This document shows positions 1 to 9,201 of a stretch of DNA of 64,000 nt, piece by piece. The translations under genes were made by a program, and so were the position numbers. The notes below the pieces were generated by a model that was not told the DNA's origin, ran no database searches, and saw only the letters and a list, made by a program, of their open reading frames with translations. Each line of letters opens with the position of its first letter. Positions within the stretch are counted from its first letter, which is position 1. The DNA is from Thermotogota bacterium. GTDB taxonomy: Bacteria > Thermotogota > Thermotogae > Petrotogales > Petrotogaceae. The DNA lies in contig JBNJGY010000002.1 of the NCBI GenBank assembly GCA_051748045.1, positions 23,498 to 87,497 on the forward strand, given 5' to 3'.

Positions 1-1
1 T

Positions 2-1420
2 TCTTTAACTTCTATAGAAACAGGAGGAGATGCTTCTTCTTCAACTGTAGTTGGAAAAAAAGTTCAAAATATAGAAGAAGAAATAAATAGTTTAAAAAAT
101 GAAATATCAAATATAAAAAATAATCAAGAAGATATTTATATACTGAATAAAATAAGTGAAATAAATGAAAGATTAGATGATTTAGAAAATGGAGGTTATT
201 CTTCCAAAGCTGAGTATAACAAAGAAGATATAAAAAAAATAATAGATGAAACTATATCTAGTATGGATTTAGGAAATTATCTTGAAGATACAATAGAATT
301 CAAAACAGAACAAGCTGTTTCAAAACTTTATTATGGTTCCCAAAGTGAAAGTTTGATAAAAATAAATGATTTAAATGATGATTTAAAAAAATTAGAAGAA
401 GAACTCAGAAATTTAAAATATGAATTTCAAAATGTTTCTTCTAAACCATCAAATAGCTTACAGGAAAGGTATTTAAGTGAAATAACAGATTTAGAAAAAA
501 AGATAAACGCTGCTTTGTTTTCTATTGGCGATTCAGAGCTTAGGAGTTTATTTGAAAACCAAGAAGAAATAATTTATACTGTAAAATCTGGAGATTATTT
601 AGGAAAAATTTCAAACGCCTTCTCATTAGGTCCTAATGGAGTTGATATATTAATGACTGCTAATAATATAGAAGAAGGCACATATATAAAGGTTGGCCAA
701 AAAATAAAAATTCCTGTTGGTAATATTGAAAAGTATATTGAATGGCCGTTAAAATCAACAACTTCAGTAGAATATAATAGAATAGTCATAAAATTTGGTC
801 AGAGAACTGAAAATGGGGTTTCTTCTGGCATAGGTGTTTTACCTGCAAAAAATGAGCAAGTTTATCCTTTATTACCAGGTAGAATAGTAGAAACTGGTAA
901 ATCTGCTAATAATAATTGGTATGTAAAGATTGACCATGGAAATGCAATAGTGAGTATGATAAGTAATATAAAAACAATATATGTTAATGAAGGTGACTGG
1001 GTAAACAATGATAAATCCTTAGGAATGGTAGAAAAAGATAAAATAGTTTCTTTAGAGTTATGGAAAAGTGGTGAGCCAAAAGACCCTTTAAAATTATTTT
1101 TTAAGGTATCCGGAGATTTCATGGCAACTTATTATACTGAATGGGATGATAAATATTTACATTATCCTACTTTTAGAATTACAAAATCAGGGAAAATACC
1201 TACAACTTGGAAAACAATTGCTGCAGATCCAGATGTGCTCCCTTTAGGAACTATAGTTTACATTCCTGAATTAAAAGATCTACCAAATAGTGGTTTTTTT
1301 GTTGTTGAAGATACTGGAGGAAAGGTTATAGGAAACAGAATAGACATATATGTAAATGATGTTAGACTTGCTCAAAAAACAGAAGATGTTACCATATATG
1401 TAGTTGGTAAGGAGGGTTAA
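2..1420 (+). CDS. Coiled-coil + LysM + degenerate M23 + 3D domain cell-wall protein (5' end outside window)
   Basis: Frame is open from nt 2, upstream of the ORF-track start at 263. LysM: YTVKSGDYLGKIS...IKVGQKIKIP. M23-like: YVKIDHGN...VNEGDWV. 3D: AADPDVLPLGT...EDTGG...RIDIYV. Confidence 0.8.
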   Translation, partial: SLTSIETGGDASSSTVVGKKVQNIEEEINSLKNEISNIKNNQEDIYILNKISEINERLDDLENGGYSSKAEYNKEDIKKIIDETISSMDLGNYLEDTIEFKTEQAVSKLYYGSQSESLIKINDLNDDLKKLEEELRNLKYEFQNVSSKPSNSLQERYLSEITDLEKKINAALFSIGDSELRSLFENQEEIIYTVKSGDYLGKISNAFSLGPNGVDILMTANNIEEGTYIKVGQKIKIPVGNIEKYIEWPLKSTTSVEYNRIVIKFGQRTENGVSSGIGVLPAKNEQVYPLLPGRIVETGKSANNNWYVKIDHGNAIVSMISNIKTIYVNEGDWVNNDKSLGMVEKDKIVSLELWKSGEPKDPLKLFFKVSGDFMATYYTEWDDKYLHYPTFRITKSGKIPTTWKTIAADPDVLPLGTIVYIPELKDLPNSGFFVVEDTGGKVIGNRIDIYVNDVRLAQKTEDVTIYVVGKEG

Positions 1421-1878
1421 TGATGGGATTAACTGTTAAAAGTAGTTATGCTATGAGAGCTTTATTTGAACTTGCTCTTCTGAACAAAGATGGTATAAAA
1501 AAAGTATCGATATCTGAATTATCTCAAAGACAACAGATCCCAAAAGATTTTTTAGAGAAAATCTTTTCAGAATTAAGAGACGCAGGATTCTTAAAATCTA
1601 TAAGGGGTAGATATGGAGGGTATGTTTTACTTAAAGATCCTAAAAATATTAGATTAAGTGAAATAGTAAATGTTTTGGACAAACCACTTCAATCTTATGA
1701 ATGCGTTAGTGGTGATTGCAATTTAGAAATAAATTGTGCTGTTGAATTTGTTTGGAAAAGAGTATACAATATAATGATGCTTGAATTAGATAAAATGACT
1801 CTACAGGATATTATAGATTATGGTATAAAGCTATCAAAATTAAGTAATGGCGGTGATGAACAAAAAAATGACGAATAA
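1420..1878 (+). CDS. Rrf2-family transcriptional regulator (IscR/CymR-like)
   Basis: YAMRALFELA, LEKIFSELRDAG, SIRGRYGGYVL; three Cys in ECVSGDCNLEINC. Confidence 0.9.
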   Translation: MMGLTVKSSYAMRALFELALLNKDGIKKVSISELSQRQQIPKDFLEKIFSELRDAGFLKSIRGRYGGYVLLKDPKNIRLSEIVNVLDKPLQSYECVSGDCNLEINCAVEFVWKRVYNIMMLELDKMTLQDIIDYGIKLSKLSNGGDEQKNDE

Positions 1879-2968
1879 AAAGGCTTTAATGTTGATGAGT
1901 GGTGGTGTAGACAGTTCAGTAGCAGCATACCTATTAAAAAAAGAAGGTTATGAAGTTATAGCTGTTCATTTTAAAACAGTAAAAGATGAAGTGTTTTCTA
2001 TAATACCTGAAAAGAAAAAAGTGTGTTGTAGCCCTTCAGATACTATAGATGCAATAAATGTATCAAAAAAATTAGGGTTAGATAATTTCTTAACTGTAGA
2101 TATTCAAAAAGAGTTTAAGGAAAAAATTATAGACTACTTCATAGAAGAATATAATATGGGAAAAACACCAAATCCATGTATGCTTTGTAATAGATTTTTT
2201 AAATTTGGAAAAGCTATTGAAATGGCTGAAGAGATGAATGCTGATATAGTAGTTAGTGGTCATTATGTTATTTCAGAATATTCAGAAAAATATGGAGATT
2301 GGGTAATAAAAAAGGGAATAGATAACTACAAAGATCAATCTTACTTTTTATCTATGGTTAGACCAGAATATTTAAAGAAAATGTATTTTCCTCTTGGAAA
2401 TATGAAAAAAGATGAAATTAGAAAAATTGCAAATAAATTAGAACTATCAGTAGCTAATAAACCTGATAGTCAAGAATTATGTTTTATTCCAGATAACGAT
2501 TACAAAAGATATCTTATAGATTCTGGAATAAAAACAAACAAAGGAAAAGTATATGACTTAGATGGTAATCATATTGGATATCATACTGGATATACGGATT
2601 ACACCATTGGGCAAAGAGCTGGAATTGAATATATTAAAAATCAAAATGAAAGGTTACATGTTTTTAAAATTGACTCAAAACAAAATTCTTTGATTGTAGC
2701 TCCAACAAAAAAAGTTCATTATAAAGGGCTTATAGCTAAAAAGATGAATAAGTTTGTTGATTTTGATGATGAATTCGAAGCTGTTTGCAGAATAAGAAAA
2801 AGATCTGAAGAAAAACCAGCCAAGATAACTAAAATAAAAAATGATGAATATAGAATTGTTTTTGACGAACCTATATTTGCAGTAACTCCAGGCCAGTTTG
2901 CAACTTTGTATGATGAAAATGGAGTGGTATTAGGCTGTGGAGTAATAGATAAATATTTGGAGGATTAA
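1868..2968 (+). CDS. mnmA: tRNA 2-thiouridylase MnmA
   Basis: MSGGVDSSVAA PP-loop, TPNPCMLCN, KDQSYFL, DSQELCF, TIGQR, AVTPGQ; start moved to ATG 1868. Confidence 0.95.
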   Translation: MTNKKALMLMSGGVDSSVAAYLLKKEGYEVIAVHFKTVKDEVFSIIPEKKKVCCSPSDTIDAINVSKKLGLDNFLTVDIQKEFKEKIIDYFIEEYNMGKTPNPCMLCNRFFKFGKAIEMAEEMNADIVVSGHYVISEYSEKYGDWVIKKGIDNYKDQSYFLSMVRPEYLKKMYFPLGNMKKDEIRKIANKLELSVANKPDSQELCFIPDNDYKRYLIDSGIKTNKGKVYDLDGNHIGYHTGYTDYTIGQRAGIEYIKNQNERLHVFKIDSKQNSLIVAPTKKVHYKGLIAKKMNKFVDFDDEFEAVCRIRKRSEEKPAKITKIKNDEYRIVFDEPIFAVTPGQFATLYDENGVVLGCGVIDKYLED

Positions 2969-2970
2969 AA

Positions 2971-3459
2971 ATGGATAAAAGAACTGCTGTTTACCCTGGA
3001 AGTTTTGACCCAATAACATATGGACATATTAATCTTGTAGAAAGAGCTGCTGAAAGATTTGATAAAATTTATGTTTCTGTTATGAATAATATGCAAAAAA
3101 ATTACCTTTTTGATCTAAATGAAAGAGTTGAAATGACTAAACAGAATTTATCTCACATTCCAAATATTGAAGTTAATAGCTTTTCAGGACTTCTTGTGCA
3201 GTATTGTAAAAAACATCAAATATATACAGTGTTAAGAGGATTGAGAGCTGTTACTGACTTTGAATATGAATTACAAATGGCAAATGGAAATAGATCATTG
3301 TTCCCAGAATTAGAGATATTTTTCTTAATGGCGGACGTAGCCCATTCTTTTATTTCATCCTCAATGGTAAAAGAAGTTTCTAAACATGGTGGAGATGTAA
3401 GCACTTGGGTTCCACCTAATGTAGAAGATGCGTTGAATAAAAAATTTAATAAACATTAA
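2971..3459 (+). CDS. coaD: Phosphopantetheine adenylyltransferase
   Basis: YPGSFDPITYGH, RGLRAVTDFEYE, ISSSMVKE. Confidence 0.97.
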   Translation: MDKRTAVYPGSFDPITYGHINLVERAAERFDKIYVSVMNNMQKNYLFDLNERVEMTKQNLSHIPNIEVNSFSGLLVQYCKKHQIYTVLRGLRAVTDFEYELQMANGNRSLFPELEIFFLMADVAHSFISSSMVKEVSKHGGDVSTWVPPNVEDALNKKFNKH

Positions 3460-3540
3460 AAATAATCTTTATTGAATTGTATTTTCTAATATGATAAAAT
3501 ATATTGGTTGAATTTACAAACATACAAGGAGGGACTAATA

Positions 3541-4134
3541 ATGGCCGTAAGCACAGAATTGATCAAAAAATTAAGATCACAAACTGGCGCAGGAATGTTA
3601 GATTGTAAAAAAGCATTAGAAGAAACAAATGGAGATTTAGATGCTGCTATTGAATTTTTAAGAAAAAAAGGTGCAGCAAAAGCTGCCAAAAAAGCAGATA
3701 GAGAAACAAAAGAAGGTATAGTATATTCATATATACATCATAATGAAAAAATAGGTGTTTTATTGTTGTTGGGATGTGAAACAGACTTTGTAGCTAAAAC
3801 AGAAGATTTTCATGAATTAGCAAATAAAATTAGCTTGCAAATAGCTTCAATGAATCCTAAATACATATCTAGAGAAAATGTACCTGCAGAATTAGTAGAT
3901 AAAGAAAAAGCAATTTATATGGATGAAGTTAAAGGTTCAGGTAAGCCTGACCATATAATTGAAAAAATAGTTTCAAATAAAGTTGATAAATATTTTGAAG
4001 AAAATTGTCTTTTAGAACAAGAGTATGTTTTTGGAAAAGGTGAAAAAATAAAAGATATGATAACACAACTAATTGCTAAAATTGGTGAAAATATAACTGT
4101 TGATAATTTCTCAAGATTTGCAATAGGAGAATAA
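3541..4134 (+). CDS. tsf: Elongation factor Ts (short form)
   Basis: IKKLRSQTGAGMLDCKKAL, ETDFVAK; RBS AAGGAGG before ATG 3541. Confidence 0.97.
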   Translation: MAVSTELIKKLRSQTGAGMLDCKKALEETNGDLDAAIEFLRKKGAAKAAKKADRETKEGIVYSYIHHNEKIGVLLLLGCETDFVAKTEDFHELANKISLQIASMNPKYISRENVPAELVDKEKAIYMDEVKGSGKPDHIIEKIVSNKVDKYFEENCLLEQEYVFGKGEKIKDMITQLIAKIGENITVDNFSRFAIGE

Positions 4135-4138
4135 TAAT

Positions 4139-4163
4139 AAGGGGGTAAACCCCCCTTTTTTTT
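4139..4163 (+). terminator. Intrinsic terminator between tsf and pyrH
   Basis: AAGGGGG-TAAAC-CCCCCTT followed by a T run. Confidence 0.65.
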
Positions 4164-4180
4164 AAGTGGAGGGGTAAAAT

Positions 4181-4879
4181 ATGTATAGAAGGATTATGTT
4201 AAAACTCAGTGGTGAAGTTTTATCTGGTGAAGGTAATAAAGGATTTAATCCTAAACATATAAAATACCTATCAGAAGAAATAAAAAAAGTATCTCAACAT
4301 GGAATGAATATAGGTATGGTAATAGGTGCTGGAAATATTTTTAGAGGAAAAGAATTAAAAGGAGTTACAAATAGTATTGCTGATCATATAGGTATGTTAG
4401 GCACAGTCAGTAATGCACTGTATTTAAAAGATTACTTCGAAAAAAATGGTATCAAAACAGTAGTAGTGTCTCAAATAGTTAAATTACCTTCTGTTAGAAA
4501 CATTCATTATGATGATATAGAATTATATTTTAATTCTGGGTATGTAGTTATCTTTGCTGGAGGAACATCAAATCCTTTCTTTACTACAGATACAGCTGCA
4601 GCATTAAGAGCAGTTGAAATGAAAGCAGAAGTTTTAATTAAAGCTACTAAAGTATCTGGAATCTATGATAAAGACCCAAAATTATTTACAGATGCTGTGA
4701 AATATGATACAATTAAATATGAAGATGCTATAGCAAAAAATCTTAAAGTTATGGATACTGAGGCTTTTGCAATATGTCAAAGATATGAAATGCCTATAAC
4801 TGTATTGGATTTTTTTAAAAAAGATAATCTTTTAAATGCAGTATTAAATAAAAACGTGGGGACAAAAGTTATACCTTAA
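4181..4879 (+). CDS. pyrH: UMP kinase
   Basis: RIMLKLSGEVL, GAGNIFRG, NPFFTTDTAAALRA. Confidence 0.97.
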   Translation: MYRRIMLKLSGEVLSGEGNKGFNPKHIKYLSEEIKKVSQHGMNIGMVIGAGNIFRGKELKGVTNSIADHIGMLGTVSNALYLKDYFEKNGIKTVVVSQIVKLPSVRNIHYDDIELYFNSGYVVIFAGGTSNPFFTTDTAAALRAVEMKAEVLIKATKVSGIYDKDPKLFTDAVKYDTIKYEDAIAKNLKVMDTEAFAICQRYEMPITVLDFFKKDNLLNAVLNKNVGTKVIP

Positions 4880-4911
4880 AGAAATGAACACTTATGGGAG
4901 GTGCATTATTT

Positions 4912-6210
4912 ATGGAACTTTTTTACAACGAAATAGTTTCTGTACATGCAAGAGAAGTATTAGACTCAAGAGGGAATCCTACAGTTGAAGCTGAGGTTAT
5001 TTTAGGTGATGGGGCAAAAGGATCAGCAATTGTTCCTTCTGGAGCATCAACAGGAAAATTTGAAGCACTTGAATTAAGAGATGGAGATAAGGACAGATTT
5101 TTAGGTAAAGGAACAACAAAAGCTGTTGAAAATGTTAATGATAAAATAGCTGAAGAATTATTAGGTCTTAATGCATTTGATCAAGCTTTAGTTGATAAAG
5201 TTATGCTTGAATTAGATGGAACTGAAAATAAAGAAAAATTAGGTGCAAATGCAATGTTATCAGTTTCAATGGCTGTTGCTCGAGCTGCTTCAGAGTCATT
5301 AGGAATTCCACTTTTTAAATATTTAGGCGGACCAAATTCTAAATTATTACCAGTTCCTTTAATGAATATTGTTAATGGTGGAGAACATGCTGACAATTCT
5401 TTAGATATACAAGAATTTATGATTATGCCTGCTGGTTTTCCTACTTTCAAAAGAGCTTTAAGAGCTGGAGCAGAAATATTTCATAATTTAAAAAAATTAT
5501 TACAATCTAAAGGTCATCAAACTGCCGTAGGAGATGAAGGTGGATTTGCTCCTAACTTTGATTCAAATGAGGAAGCTTTAGAATTTATAGTAGAGGCAAT
5601 TAAAAATGCTGGATATAAACCTGGAGAAGAAATATTTATTGCTTTAGATTGTGCTGCTTCAGAATTTTTCAACGAAGATAACAAAACATATCATATAGAT
5701 AAAAAAGATATTTCAGGAGAAGAATTAGCTGACTACTATTTGAATTTAATAAATAAATATCCAATAAAATCAATAGAAGATCCATTTGACCAAGATGACT
5801 GGGATGCTTATACATTATTTACAGAAAAAGTTCAAGATAAGGCACAAATAGTAGGAGACGATTTATTCGTTACTAATGTAAAAAGACTTCAAAAAGGTAT
5901 TGATTTAAAAGCATCAACATCAATTTTAATAAAATTAAATCAAATTGGAACTGTTACTGAAACTTTAGATGCAATAGAATTAGCCAAAAAATATAATTTT
6001 ACTAATGTCATTTCTCACAGATCTGGTGAATCAGAAGATACATTTATAGCTGATTTAGCTGTAGCAACAAATGCAGGTTTTATCAAAACTGGTTCATTAT
6101 CAAGAACAGATAGAATAGCAAAATACAACCAATTATTAAGAATTGAAGAACTGCTTGGAGAAGTTGCAGAATATAAAGGATTAGATTCTTTTTATTCAAT
6201 AAAAAAATAA
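4912..6210 (+). CDS. eno: Enolase
   Basis: [41 protein letters not shown] before ATG 4912. Confidence 0.98.
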   Translation: MELFYNEIVSVHAREVLDSRGNPTVEAEVILGDGAKGSAIVPSGASTGKFEALELRDGDKDRFLGKGTTKAVENVNDKIAEELLGLNAFDQALVDKVMLELDGTENKEKLGANAMLSVSMAVARAASESLGIPLFKYLGGPNSKLLPVPLMNIVNGGEHADNSLDIQEFMIMPAGFPTFKRALRAGAEIFHNLKKLLQSKGHQTAVGDEGGFAPNFDSNEEALEFIVEAIKNAGYKPGEEIFIALDCAASEFFNEDNKTYHIDKKDISGEELADYYLNLINKYPIKSIEDPFDQDDWDAYTLFTEKVQDKAQIVGDDLFVTNVKRLQKGIDLKASTSILIKLNQIGTVTETLDAIELAKKYNFTNVISHRSGESEDTFIADLAVATNAGFIKTGSLSRTDRIAKYNQLLRIEELLGEVAEYKGLDSFYSIKK

Positions 6211-6218
6211 TATAAACA

Positions 6219-6264
6219 AATTAAAATAATCCCGATTGAATTTTCAATCGGGATTATTTTAATT
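6219..6264. terminator. Bidirectional terminator between convergent eno and btuD
   Basis: Perfect 22-bp inverted repeat AATTAAAATAATCCCGATTGAA / TTCAATCGGGATTATTTTAATT. Confidence 0.85.
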
Positions 6265-7030
6265 AAAAAAGTATTTGTGGAACATGTTTGACAGGATGAT
6301 CTATTATATAACCTTCGAAATCATAAGCTTCTTTTATTATTTCTTTTGTTATAACTTCTTTTGGAGCTCCATCTTTAAATATTTTTCCATCTTTCATTAC
6401 TAAAATTCTATTAGAAAAAAAAGAAGCTAAATTTATATCATGAAAAATAGAGATAACAGTTTTATTTAAAGAATCAGAAAATTTTTCTACTAATTTTATT
6501 AATAAGTCAGTATGCCCTGGATCAAGATGTGATGTGAATTCATCTAATAAAAGAATATCAGTTTCCTGAGCAAAAGCACGTGCTATCATGACTCTTTGTT
6601 TTTCTCCTCCCGAAAGATTAGAAAAGGTTTTATTTTTCATATTTTTTAAATCTGTATATTTTAAAGATTTATCTATAATATTTTTATCTATGTTGTTTTC
6701 AAAAAGGGAAAACTTTTTAGCATATGGAAGTCTAGAGGTAGAAACAATGCTTTCTACATCATAACTAAAAATAGTATTGAATTCTTGAGGCACCACTGCT
6801 AAATTCCTTGATAGTTCTTTGTTTGAAAATCTCTTTATATTTTTATTTTTAATAAAGATATCTCCTTGATAATCATTAATTAATCTAGAAATTATTTTAA
6901 TAAGAGTTGTTTTCCCAGATCCATTTGGACCAATAATTGAAATTCTTTCTCCGCTTTTTATTTTTAGATTTTCTATGTTTAAAGTAAAAGTATCACCATA
7001 AGAGAAAACCAAATTATTTATTTTAATCAT
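6263..7030 (-). CDS. btuD: Cobalamin/Fe-siderophore ABC transporter ATP-binding subunit (BtuD/FecE-like)
   Basis: Walker A GPNGSGKT, LSGGEKQR, LLLDE; operon lies downstream of a cobalamin riboswitch. Confidence 0.8.
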   Translation of the reverse strand: MIKINNLVFSYGDTFTLNIENLKIKSGERISIIGPNGSGKTTLIKIISRLINDYQGDIFIKNKNIKRFSNKELSRNLAVVPQEFNTIFSYDVESIVSTSRLPYAKKFSLFENNIDKNIIDKSLKYTDLKNMKNKTFSNLSGGEKQRVMIARAFAQETDILLLDEFTSHLDPGHTDLLIKLVEKFSDSLNKTVISIFHDINLASFFSNRILVMKDGKIFKDGAPKEVITKEIIKEAYDFEGYIIDHPVKHVPQILF

Positions 7031-8043
7031 ATTTTTTTCCTACTTTTTTTCATTACATATATGAATAAAGGTGCTCCAGCAATAGCTGTTATAACTCCTA
7101 TAGGTAATTCAGATGGTGCAAAAATTGTCCTAGATATATAATCACAAAACATTAGAAACATACCACCTAAGAAAAGATTATATAAAGAGCTTGTTTTAGA
7201 ATGTGGCCCTTTTATCATTCTAACGATATGAGGAATTATCAATCCAACAAAACCAATAATACCAGCTTTAGCTACAGCTGCTGAGACAGCAAAAACACTA
7301 ATAATTATTAAAATGACTTTTATTTTTTCAGGATTAATACCTGAAAATACTGCTAAATTATCTCCCATAGATAATACATTCAATTCTCTTGAAAATATAA
7401 AAATAAATGAAACAAGAACTAATAAAACACTAATAAGAAGTATATTATCATTCCAGCCTATGTCCCCAGTTGAACCCATTAACCATAAGTTGACATGGAT
7501 TAAATTTCTCCAGTACATTACTGTAAAAAGAGTTGACAAAGAATTAAAAAGGAAACTTATTATTACTCCACTTAAAATAAGTGATAAAACTGGGATTTTA
7601 CGTCCTTCCTTAGAAATATATAAAACCATAAAAGTGGTTATTATAGCGAAAATAAACGCAAAGAATTCTATACCAAAAATCAAACTTAATCCAAAAACTG
7701 AACTTAAAGCGGTATATAAAACTGCTCCAAAACTTGCACCAGAAGATATTCCAATGATATAAGGATCAGCCAAAGGATTTTGTATAATTAATTGTAATAT
7801 ATTTCCTGAAATAGCTAAAATGCTACCAACTAAAAAACTCCCTATTACACGTGGTAACCGTAAATTTAATATTAATTTTTTATACATAGGATTTGCATCA
7901 TCTGAAAATATTTTTAATATTTCATCAAAAGGAACTTTAACAGAACCAAAAGATGTAAATATTAAAACCAATAAAAAGCTAGTAATAATTATAAATAGTA
8001 AAAAAAGGGGAGAAACCCCCCCTGTTATTTTTTTTCTAATCAT
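7027..8043 (-). CDS. btuC: Cobalamin ABC transporter permease (FecCD family)
   Basis: LRLPRV, NPLADPYIIGISSGA, GIIGFVGLIIPHIVR, ELPIGVIT. Confidence 0.85.
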   Translation of the reverse strand: MIRKKITGGVSPLFLLFIIITSFLLVLIFTSFGSVKVPFDEILKIFSDDANPMYKKLILNLRLPRVIGSFLVGSILAISGNILQLIIQNPLADPYIIGISSGASFGAVLYTALSSVFGLSLIFGIEFFAFIFAIITTFMVLYISKEGRKIPVLSLILSGVIISFLFNSLSTLFTVMYWRNLIHVNLWLMGSTGDIGWNDNILLISVLLVLVSFIFIFSRELNVLSMGDNLAVFSGINPEKIKVILIIISVFAVSAAVAKAGIIGFVGLIIPHIVRMIKGPHSKTSSLYNLFLGGMFLMFCDYISRTIFAPSELPIGVITAIAGAPLFIYVMKKSRKKI

Positions 8044-8918
8044 TTGAACTCCTTGAAATAGTTATACATTTCTTCTATTACATCTAATAGAGAAGGTGAA
8101 GCCTGTGAAGCTTTATCATTATTAACAGTCATAATATTATTATTTTGTACAGCTTGTAAATCACTAAATTGTTCTGTTCTATTAATTGTTTCAACCAAAG
8201 AATTATCTCCAACAAAATAAGAAGGCACAATAATAATCTCTGGATCTTCTTTTAATATATATTCAGGACCTACAGATAACCAACCATTATTACCAGTCAT
8301 AGGGGCAGCTACATTTTGACCTCCTGCTATTGAAATAGCTTCATTGAAAAATGAACCTGTACCTGTAGTCCAAATTTCTGAAATATTTTGAGCTGAAATC
8401 ATAGCATAAAAAACTCTAGGTTTATTTTTCCATGTCGACGTTTTTTGTCCCATATCTTTTATAGTGTTTCTGAAATCATTTGTTACTTCTTGAGAGAGTT
8501 CCTTCTTATCAAGGATAATTCCTAATTGTTGTACAGTTTTAGGTATATCATTGATAGAAGTAGGATTAACAACAAAAGCCTTAATTCCAAACTCTTCTAA
8601 TTTTTTTACTTCAGGTTCTTGAAAACCTCCAGTTAAAAAAACAACATCTGGTTGTAGAGAAATTATTTTTTCCATATTAAGCGGAAAAACATTTCCTATT
8701 TTTTCTGCTTCAATATGAACATCCCAATCAGTAACGCCAACAACTTTATCTTGACTATCAAGGTGTACTAGATAATCAGAAACAACAGGCGCAGCGGAAA
8801 TAATTTTTCCAATTTTTTCATCAAATTCAACTACTCTACCTAAATCATCTACTAAAGTTAAGGCGAATGAAAAACTAAACAACAAAACTAAAACCCCAAA
8901 TAAAATAAGTTTTTTCAT
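8040..8918 (-). CDS. btuF: Cobalamin ABC transporter periplasmic binding protein
   Basis: Signal peptide, DDLGRVV, NMEKIISLQPD, AGGQN; RBS AGGAGG before ATG 8918. Confidence 0.85.
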   Translation of the reverse strand: MKKLILFGVLVLLFSFSFALTLVDDLGRVVEFDEKIGKIISAAPVVSDYLVHLDSQDKVVGVTDWDVHIEAEKIGNVFPLNMEKIISLQPDVVFLTGGFQEPEVKKLEEFGIKAFVVNPTSINDIPKTVQQLGIILDKKELSQEVTNDFRNTIKDMGQKTSTWKNKPRVFYAMISAQNISEIWTTGTGSFFNEAISIAGGQNVAAPMTGNNGWLSVGPEYILKEDPEIIIVPSYFVGDNSLVETINRTEQFSDLQAVQNNNIMTVNNDKASQASPSLLDVIEEMYNYFKEFK

Positions 8919-8951
8919 AAAAATCCTCCTGTTTTTTTGAATTACGCCATT

Positions 8952-8989
8952 AAAAAACATTCATCTTCTTTGGCGCGAAGAGATGAATT
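8952..8989 (-). terminator. Riboswitch-controlled terminator/P13 hairpin
   Basis: Minus strand ATTCATCTCTT-CGCGCCA-AAGAAGATGAAT followed by GTTTTTT. Confidence 0.7.
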
Positions 8990-9144
8990 TTCCTATTTTT
9001 TTGGAGAATATCCCGACTTATGAGCTACCTACTTGCTGAACCTTCCCGGTATATTCCAGTGGTTTATTTCAGCTTTCGTTCTCAATCACGGTGGCGCGAC
9101 CGTAACAGTTTTTCACTGTTTTCCTCTCCAAAAAAATGGAGGAA
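8990..9144 (-). ncRNA. Cobalamin (AdoCbl) riboswitch
   Basis: Minus strand GGAA-AACAGTGAAAAACTGTT-ACGGTCGCGCCACCGTGA...CCACTGG...CCGGGAAGG...AAGTCGGGATATTCTCC, closed by a long terminal stem; upstream of btuFCD. Confidence 0.9.
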
Positions 9145-9172
9145 ATATTAAATTTTATATTATTATAAAAAC

Positions 9173-9201
9173 ATTATATCAAAATACTTGTCCGAATCCA
9201 A
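9173..9201 (-). promoter_or_regulatory. Sigma70-type promoter for the riboswitch/btu operon, overlapping the bamA 3' end
   Basis: TTGGAT-17 nt-TATAAT with extended -10 TG. Confidence 0.6.
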
